DNA of 54,079 nt, counting the filler, from Sphacelaria rigidula (taxonomy: Eukaryota): assembly GCA_964200075.2 (NCBI GenBank). It is 4 parts of 4 records of this genome, joined end to end, with 100 filler letters (N's around TTAATTAATTAA, not from the genome) between each part and the next. Parts side by side here need not be neighbours in the genome. Positions count along the whole stretch, not along the records: positions 40,638 to 54,079 come from CAXNAA020002883.1; 3 more parts are not named here. One strand, written 5' to 3'. A model generated the notes under the pieces. That model searched no databases and was not told where the DNA came from. It saw only the letters and a list, made by a program, of their open reading frames with translations. A program made the position numbers and the translations under genes. Below are positions 45,458 to 54,079 of this stretch, piece after piece (the first letter of the stretch is position 1; every line of letters begins with the position of its first letter).

Positions 45458-48400
45458 ATGGCACACATGAGCGACACTATGGCGCGGCTACAGCAGGTTT
45501 TCCTGGACTTCACATCTTTCGGTGCAGGCCAGGCAGGATCGTCGGAAATGGACTCGGCCAAGTTCGTCAAGTTAGCAAAGGTGTTAATCCTGCAGTGTAG
45601 AGGCCTGGTCTGGCTGACGAGCGTTGTCTTGTGGACACCTGTGCCCATCTAGACAGTTTACATTATGCATTGTGTAATAACTTCACAAGCAACCAAACAC
45701 ACGCTTGGGACCTCGGGAGTGTGTTACATCTACTCTGTAAGAAACAAGAATCCCCAAGATTCCCGTACTCAGGGGCGACGCATATTGGGCACGGTGTGCG
45801 CTCGATTGTGATGCGCAGATGCTATATTTACGGCCAAACTCCCCATAGTGGTCGCTGACAGCAATGCACACGCCGCCATTTGGCTACCCCCAAAACTCCT
45901 CCAGGTGGGTAGACTTTTCGAGCCTCCAGAGGAATTAAACGCTTCCGGAGGAGTGCGCGGCCCTCCAGAGGATATTTTTTGGTCTCCTCCAGAGGGATTA
46001 AACGCCTCCGGGGGCTTGTTTTTGCCTCTGGAGGGCCGCGCATACCCCCAAATTCCTCCGGAGGGGTGCGCGGCCCTCCCGATCGGTACTTTTTGGTTTC
46101 CTCCAGAGGGATTGAAGGCCCTCGGAGGCTTGTTTTGCCATTTGAGGGTCGCACATCCCTCCGGCGGCATTTTGGGGGGTAGCCAAATGGTCGCGTGTGT
46201 GGCCCTTTGGTCTACAGAGTATGTGTAACCTGCCGCGAAGTCCGTTCGGACCTGTCGTTGTGCCCACTCGCTATCCTGCGGGGTAACGTAGGTACCTTAA
46301 ATACACAGTGGTGTGCGGTGGGCCAAGTGTGTTAATTTTCGAGTGCCGTCGGCACCACGACCTGACCAGAGCAAAATAATTCCCCCCCCATAAGAAGTCA
46401 ACGCCTGACTAATGAACAACCGTATAGTGTTGCAAGGGCTGACTTGTCAAAGGTATAATGGGTTGCATCAGTCATCCAAACTATTCAAACCCCGTGATCA
46501 CCATGTTGTCGTGCCATGTCCTTGGTCTTTGGTGTGGTGCTGTGTGTGTTGTGTTTCCTGTTTGCAACTTATCTTCATTTACTAGCAGCGCAAACTTGGA
46601 TTATTCACATTTTGTAGTCGGTAAGTGCAGTAGCGAGCGCCATGTGATGCACGTTTCGTATGATTATGTATTTGTAATCCACAACCTGGTCACGATGTAT
46701 AGCGTGAAATGTTTGTGTGCCATTCGTAGTAATCTGAAGCTCCAGTACTTCAACAGTCTTCAAGGGAAACTTCTCTGTCGACCCAAGCGCACAACGACTG
46801 GTACCTGCAAGCGCCTCTCAAGGCGTCCCGTCCGCCCCAACTATACTGCGTTACCGTGCCGATTACGCTCTCCGTGTCCTCTGAAAAAACTAGAACATAC
46901 ATTTCCCTCACACGATCGGGCGTTAGTCGAAGTTGCATCCGTTGAGGATCATGAACACACTGGTATATTCAATTACACTGGAACCAGGAATCATTATTTC
47001 CTGTATCGCGAAAGTTGTAACAGTGAATTTTGCAAAAAGAATTAAACGGCCACACAAGTGGTGTTTCAACCAATAAAGGAAGGCATCTGAGCCCACGAAC
47101 TGCATTGATGTCGACCTCTCTAGTCTCTATAATGTTTAGGCTGAATTCTGGTCCCCGTTGGATCTTCACGTACGTCGAATCTCCCACGTGAACTCTTACA
47201 TCTTCTGTGCGAGTCTTGCCCAACTTGAATACCTTCCTGACCGTTGGAAATGCCCATGCCCCATATAGCAGCACCATATGTTCAATGTTGAACCCTGTTT
47301 CACTGTGTCGTTGCGAACATCCCGTACGCGCTCTCGATGGCAGGATTGCAAGTTGACGGGGAAGCGCCTCTCCACCACGGATTTGGACCTGATTTTCACC
47401 AGGGTTAAGGTAATACTGCATTAGAGAGGATCTCAATAATATCTGGGGTATTCAGTCAACGCTAGCTGTGCTGAGTGGTTGTAAGGGCATCGTAAAACTG
47501 ATCCGCTCAGGGCTTGTTCAACAACTGTACGCACACTCGAGCTACGCACTTTCAGTTGCATCCGCGATTCCGAAATTCAACTTGGTCATATATACGGCAC
47601 AAGGGGCGCACTTGAATCTGAATTCCACCTCACTCTGTAAAACACCGCTGCCGTAGACGACTTACTTTATCATTTGTTTGGGTAGCAAACAGTTCCGCGG
47701 CATGACCTTTCCGTGGCGACCCTTATGCAGAGCGCTTTCACAAGCAAACAGGGATCCAATCGGCATTTGTTTTTCATCGCAGTGTACAGCGGTACTATCA
47801 TACCGCTTCTTCACAACTATGAATTCGATAGGGATTGGTAGGTAAATCATTCTTGACGAGTGGCATCATCATCAACAAAAAGAATGGCATGAGGATCAGA
47901 AGTGCGAGTGCTTCCACTTACGCCGATTTAATTCCCAGGTAGTTACTATTGTGAAAAAAATCGCATGCTTGATGATCTAGCAGAAAATTGCGGATAATCT
48001 TGAGGGGAAAGGTGACATTGTGAATGCCTCAAACATCAGAATATCCCAAAGGACACACATGACGATTCGTTGTTCCGTGTCCTATTCGCTGTGTGCGTCT
48101 GTACAAACAACAGGCCAAAACCGCCAAAAAGATTGACTTCAATACGTTCGTCGATGCTATCCATCTCATTGCCGAGAAGACCGCTAGGAGCGCAGAAGAG
48201 GTTGCGGAAGTCATCGTCTCCGCTAAAGGGCCTAAGTAGGTTTTCCGAGATATAACGTCTCGAATCTTCGGAGATTTCATTCCACACAAAGGCCGTTGAG
48301 AAGAAGCGACGATAGCGGTATTCAAAACAGACCCGAAAAAATAAAAATTGCACCGGACTTGTTCAAGAGTAGTCTATTCAATGGGCAGACGAGCTGGTTG

Positions 48401-51400
48401 TTACCTAGTGCATGTCGAGCTCTCCGGCAGAAAGTGCCCTGATTGCTCGGGAAATTCATGTTATTTCTGACGGTGATCATGGACATTGTTGAAGTCGTCA
48501 TTCTCCACAAAACCTTTGCATTGAGCGAAGATCGCTGATTCTTTTGCCTCTAGTCATCTTCTTGATGCTGAAACACGACGAGTAGAAATAAGTGAGCGTA
48601 CAAACTTACTCACGAGCGTCTCGACCCTTCCGTTACCGCAGAACCGGGACCGCGACGCTTGCCGACGACGTCAGGTTCCACGACGACAAATCCACCTTCA
48701 CGGGTGTCCATGTCCAAGGTGAGAAGAGAGACACAATGCACACATGTGTACACGGGCCTTGCTTTTGTTGTCGTGAAACCTTCAACCCCGTCCCCTCCTT
48801 ACGCAGGACGAGTCAATCCGTAGTCTCAGGGGATCAACATATCTTCTCCATGGTACTTGCCCTGTACTATTTTGTTTTTCGCACTGAATCGGCACTCTTA
48901 TAACTCGTCGTCTCTTACGGAATCGTAAAATATTTGCCGAGTCACGTCCTCATGTTTCGGGACGACGCAAGACGCTTCTATGATCAACCTCGAACTTACG
49001 AACACCACAGCAAAAGGGTTGCTTTATCAGGGTGGCCACCACCGGGTGACGATAGCATGTATCCACCGGGAATATCCACGATCGTCGATGAAGAGTGTGG
49101 CAGTAACCGTTGGAACAAGGCGTCGGCGTTTGTGTACATGCGATGACAAACCGCAAACAAACAAAAAAGAAGCACCAATGGTTCATGTTGAGTGAAAAGG
49201 CGTACTGTACCTCAAGCAAAACACCATTCAGCCAACTCACGACGAGACAAGAAAGAATTGCAGGTCACACACTTGTAATGATTTTTCGCAAAAGAGTGAC
49301 GCAGGAAGCGAAACGCGCAACCGTGTGCACAGCAGTCCGTTCAGCAGCCGTGAATGTTGACCCGACGTCCTGATCCACCTGCAGGGGGACCTTCTCAGAT
49401 CGATCGCCACAACGTGGACATGTCCCGCCAGCTTGATCGCTCTGACGGAGCTGATGTAAGGGGCGTAATGGACTACAACACTCACCGCCCAGCACAACGA
49501 CCTTCTTCTCCTTCTCGCCGTACTAGCGAAGAGGTGACCCATGTCTTCCTTATTTTCCACAAATGGTCGATATCTGGCACATATACCTGTACGCAAATTT
49601 GTGCTCGTGCACATGGGTGTTTGTGCCTGTGCTCCGCCAGTACCTTGCACATCCACCGTTGTATACACACCAGACACAAGAACGCACGGACGCACACTGT
49701 CCGTAGCGAGTGTCACATGGTGGACCTACTCCAAACGCAGGAGTAGCTGAACACGTGACGTGGGCTTTCACGTATCCACCGGCCCCCCTTTCACCGTCGC
49801 AAGAGTCATACCCCCACCCCCCATCTGTCCTAATAATCGAGCAATGCTACGGTAGGGGTGCACTTTTTTCGCGAAATTTTGTCTGGTTCAGAGGCTCCTA
49901 ACGATTCTAGGCGCACAAGAATATGGGTCAGGGTATCCCCGGTTGCAGATCAATTCGGGATATCCCCAGCACATTACAGTAGTAATCCTGGCGTGCTCTC
50001 GCATATTTTAATAAGTCGTGTTTTGGATGAGATAAAGGGCTCCTGACAATTCTAACCTCAGAACATATTTGTATAACCCCTACCGTAGCATCCCTCAAAT
50101 ACTTTTTTCGAGGTATGACACGCTTTGTCATTCAATGGAGTAGTTCAGGGGCAGGTCCAGTAGAGTGTACTCAGTACTCAGTATTTTTGAAGAGTCACAC
50201 TTTTAGTACTCAAATTTCGATTATAGTATTTGAGGCCGTACTCAATCTATCCAAAATTTGAGTTGAGTATTTGAGGTCATACTCAATCTACCCAAGAAAT
50301 GAGTCGAGTATTGAGGTTATACCGAAGTGATACTCTATATTCAAGTATCACTGAGAGTGCTCACTCAATATTTGAGTAGAGTATCAGAGGTCGTACTCGA
50401 TCTGCTCAAAATTTGAGTAGAGTTTTTGAGGCCGTACTCAACCTACTCAAAGTTTGAGTAGAGTGTTTGAGGCCGTACTCGACCTACTCCATTTTTGAGT
50501 AGGACAAATACTCGAGCATTCTACTCGAGTACTCGAAAGGACATACTCTACTCGACCTACCCTTGGAGTGGTTGACACTTTCTACGATAGCCCCCCCCAG
50601 AAAAGTGCGTGCTTTTGGGAGGAAAATCTTCACGTATATCGAAATGGGAAAAGCCGAGCACAACAAGCAGCTGGGAATTTCCACGCTTGGGTTCATTCTC
50701 GTCAATGTTGCCAATATAAGGCGCTTCATGCAGCCTGGACTCAAACATCAAGCGCTATATGGCCATTTTTTTCGCGACACTATTGGGCTGGTTTGGGGGG
50801 AGGGCTATCGTAGAAAGTGTCGGTTATTCTTCCGTCTGAATGCCTTGAATCTCGGACTACTAAGCCTCAAAGTAATCTACACAAGGCCTACACAATAACC
50901 ACTTGGATACAGCATCGCGTGCCGGCGCCTCGGCAAACTTCAGCACTCCCAGCCCGGATCATTATAGTGGTAGTTCTACCTACATCCCAGCGCGGCCGTT
51001 TCACTTTTTGTAGATTATGGTTCATAGTACTGTCGGACGAAACGAGGAACATATGTATGTATATATATACTTGATACATGCTCTAGTATTACAATATCCT
51101 CACCTCATCCTCACCTCATCCTCAACCTCATACCCCATTTGCTCTGCCCGTGGGTGATGAAGTATGATCGTGATACGACGGAAAATGGCACAGTGGTATG
51201 TGTGGTGATCCCCTCCCCACCCACCCACCCCCCTCATGGCAGGTTTGGGCAAACATACGGATTTCAGGTCTTGGCTCCTGCCTAGGAGATCTAGTCACCC
51301 ATTTCCCTTGATGGCTTGCATATTCTCCTCGCCCGCAAGTCCTGAAAATAAATACCCGGCTTGCTGATTTCGTGTTTGTACCATGATGAAATCAGGCGGC

Positions 51401-53102
51401 TAGACGCGGATCGACCCCCACAAAGCCGAAGCAATCTCCCCGCAACTCTCGCCCGGATTCGCCCCGCAAATCTGTCGGATCTTCCGGTGGTCGCGACTCG
51501 GTGGGCGGTGGGGACACTGCGGATCTTGAGCAGCGAGTGATGGACGTTTTTGTTGCATTTTCGTCGAGCGTAGCAAAGGTATTTTTTTATGATTGGCCGG
51601 TTAGATGATTGCCGGATTGGCTGATTTTTGCTGGTTCGCTGTTTCATGCTTAAGTGACCCGTCACACATCCAGTCGCTGTCATGTGTGCAGGATGGATAT
51701 GGAGGTGCTCAGCGAGGTAAATGGCCGGACACTCTCAGGGCAGATGAGCCACTCCGCTCGTGAAAATGGTGCATTTATTCCTCTACGAGGGGGGACCTCT
51801 TCCTTCATGCTATTTTTCATCCACTTGTTAACGCAAAGATTGAGTCAAGAAAGACATGAAAGAAAGTGTAAAAATAGAAACAAGAATCACGGCAGAGAAA
51901 AATACATCAACGTGCTAAGGGAATATTATGGAGATTATACAGTAAACAAAGCACATGTGCAACAGGAATTAGTCAGTTCGACCTGAAGGTGTGTGCGGTT
52001 TAAAATGGCGCGAATTGTGGTATCAAATTCCTCCTTGTCTACCGATACAGCACTTGCTTTCTTGTACTTCACTCTGCGCGCATATTTTCTCGCGAATTTC
52101 ACAAAGAGACAGAGAGGCAGACAGAGACAGACAAACAGGCAGACAAAGACAAACAGGCAGACGAAGGCTGGCGAAGACAGCCAGGAAATAAGTTTTTTTC
52201 CGAGCGATTCGTCGTGCACGGCGCAGACCAGCGCGGAGAGAAGCCCTGCTTACCGTACTGTCGACGCTCGTAGCCCCTTGTTTCCCATATTTTTGTCAGC
52301 TGTGCTGCTTTGGTTCGATGCAGCCACGCCCAAGTGATGAACCGGGCATAGCAGTACTGGTCCGGGGGACGGATGCGATGGGCTCCAGTGCCTACATAAT
52401 AAATGTGTACAAAAAATGAATGCGAAAATTTACAGCAAAACGTTGACGCCTGCCTTGTGTAGTATCACGAGCTAACTTCCGGGTATGGTCGTCATCCGAT
52501 CGGGCTCTTGTTTTACGTCCTACCTGTGCAGGTTTTGGTCTGCCAGTAGCTTTTGGTGGAGAGGTTTGTGTGCAGTTGTGTTCACACACATATATAGTAC
52601 TGTATATATATATTTCCTGGTCGTCAAGAAACGTGTATAGGAACAGTGAGTTGGGCATAAAAATCATGAGAAAAGCAATGGAACTCGACGGGCCGCAGAT
52701 AGAGCAGTCATCATCCAGTGCTCGACAATAAAATGTGAGACAAGCTACCGGAGAAGAGATGCTTTGATCCCTCAAGACACAATACGAATCAAGACAAAAT
52801 ACGGATTCGGCTCGAAGAGAGGGAAGGGGGGCAGGAGGATGTGGTCGGCGTCCGACCACGGAAGGAGTAGCTAGACCTCATTACGACGTACGCATTGTGC
52901 TTTTCTACGACCCATCTCCTCCACTTTATGTTTGATGTCGCAGTCCAGCGTGGAGATGGATAGCAGCAAGTTCTTCAAGCTTATGGGAGACAGCGGCCTG
53001 ACGGGTAAATCCCTTAGCCGGACAGACTGCGACCTGATGTTCACGAAGACCTGCGCGGCTTCTGGCTGCGTCAAGAAAATTAGCTACCAGGCCTTCCGAC
53101 AG
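45458..53102 (+). CDS. Multi-domain p25-alpha/TPPP-like protein, 5' part (exons 45458-45580, 47344-47409, 48114-48235, 48642-48718, 49385-49533, 51396-51578, 52944-53102)
   Basis: Seven phase-consistent GT-AG exons give LQQVFLDFTSFG...EMDSAKFVKLAKDCKLTGKRLSTTDLDLIFTRVKAKTAKKIDFNTFVDAIHLIAEK...RFHDDKSTFTGVHVQGGPSQID...LDRSDGADVRG (p25-alpha domain with the HDDKS.YTG.H..GGP tail), then an S/P/R linker, then a second domain LEQRVMDVFVAF...EMDSSKFFKLMGDSGLTGKSLSRTDCDLMFTK...KKISYQAF. Confidence 0.92.
45867..46199. mobile_element. CMC/CACTA-like MITE, 333 bp, TG TSD, with ~13 internal CCTCC(A/G)GAGG palindromes
   Basis: TG|cacacgccgccatttggctacccccaaaa ... ttttggggggtagccaaatggtcgcgtgtg|TG, with an internal palindrome array. 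Confidence 0.8.
50161..50560. repeat. Degenerate ~41-bp tandem repeat (gagtatttgaggccgtactcaatctactcaaaatttgagta)
   Basis: Repeated GAGTA/TACTC-rich units in TPPP intron 5. Confidence 0.85.
50573..50822. mobile_element. ~250-bp TIR MITE family C, copy 2
   Basis: TIRs gacactttctacgatagcccccccc / ggggagggctatcgtagaaagtgtc. Confidence 0.85.
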
Positions 53103-53684
53103 GTGCGAAAAGAACACTTTTGTTTGCATGCCGTTGCATCAAAAGCAAAAATAAAACGCCGTGAAAAATGTTGCCCTAAACAGTCATCACTAACGTAACT
53201 AACCTCCCTTCGCCTACAATACAAAAAAACTGAACAGCAATGTGCAACGTTATTATTAACGCCACGGTGTTCATGGAGAAGTACGGCAATCGAGCGGTGC
53301 CACCTGCGGGGGTGAGAGTGAATACCGAGCGAACACGGTTTCCTCATCGCTGAGCGGCAACTTGCTTCCAAGACCTTTTTCGTTTCCCTTTCTTCTCCTT
53401 CTTGTACAAGCTCCTTATTCTCATATTTTGAATCATAAATCTTCGCCACCGGTACTAGATCTCCCTCAGGGGAGTTGGCTCTCTCTATTTGATATTTTCA
53501 CTTCATTTTCCTGGCCGTCCCCCCTTTCCTTTTTGCCTGTTATCTTTATCACATGTCGAGTTTGTTCTGGTTGTCCTGGTTTTTTGTTCTCTACATGTCC
53601 TCCTTTGTAGAGTTTTATTTAGCGAATGTTTCCGTTGTACCTTGACGACAGCTAGATCCCTGGAAGATGATCTAGTATGCGACA

Positions 53685-53926
53685 ATCAATGAGCCAATCG
53701 ATCAATCAATCAATCGATCAATGAATGAAGAAACCAATCATCAATCGGTCGTCTCCGTCGGCCGGCGTGCGTTGAAAATAAGTAAATCTATAAACGAATA
53801 AATCCATAAACGAATAAATCAATATACAACTAAATCAATAAACCAATGAACCATCAAATTGATCAACCAATATACCGATATACCAATAAACCAATGAACC
53901 AATGAACCTATAAACCAATGAATCAA
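53685..53926. repeat. Low-complexity AATC/AATAAACC tandem repeats
   Basis: Runs of atcaatcg, ataaacgaataaatc and aaccaatg. Confidence 0.8.
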
Positions 53927-54079
53927 CGACACTTTCTACGATAGCCCCCCCCCAAACCAGCCCAAAATTGTCACGAGACAAATGGCCATACAGCGCCTGA
54001 TGTTTGGGTTCAGGCTGCATGAAGCGCCTCATATTGGCGACATTCGCTAGGACGAACTCAAACGTGGGAATTCCCATCT
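53927..54079. mobile_element. MITE family C, copy 3 (cut by window end, opposite orientation to copy 2)
   Basis: cgacactttctacgatagcccccccccaaaccagccc...gcatgaagcgcctcatattggcgacatt is the reverse complement of ~50670-50822. Confidence 0.85.

Noticed and set aside
45898..46167. CRISPR-like array of short palindromes with spacers
   Set aside because: Repeats are only 10 bp, spacers are 9-20 nt and themselves duplicated with a ~113-bp period, the array is enclosed by TIRs/TSD, there are no cas genes, and it lies in a eukaryotic intron.

Overview
This window is eukaryotic, intron-rich DNA that most resembles a brown alga (Phaeophyceae) or a related photosynthetic stramenopile. The inference rests on GT-AG genes with long, repeat-filled introns and a bipartite plastid presequence. 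It is not one locus: four size-sorted draft scaffolds (1-13447, 13548-26992, 27093-40537, 40638-54079; 13447/13445/13445/13442 bp) are joined by artificial 100-nt N44-TTAATTAATTAA-N44 linkers. Phase-consistent spliced genes reconstructed by hand are a DUF445-family membrane protein (3' part, minus), a complete 3-exon ankyrin-repeat gene, the 5' part of a plastid pyruvate dehydrogenase E2, a C5orf34-like gene, and, head-to-head with it, a multi-domain p25-alpha/TPPP gene (7 exons, three of them absent from the ORF track in the coding frame). Two low-complexity orphan genes are weaker calls. Non-coding DNA holds many small non-autonomous elements: a ~103-bp piggyBac-like MITE family clustered and chained through TTAA-like junctions, a CMC-like MITE with an internal palindrome array, a Tourist-like foldback, a 250-bp TIR family in 3 copies, a tRNA-headed SINE in 2 copies, and several satellites. 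I found no CRISPR array, rRNA, intact tRNA or intact transposase/reverse transcriptase, and no clearly new biological system. The most novel-looking items are the MITE architectures and the TPPP/C5orf34-like pair.
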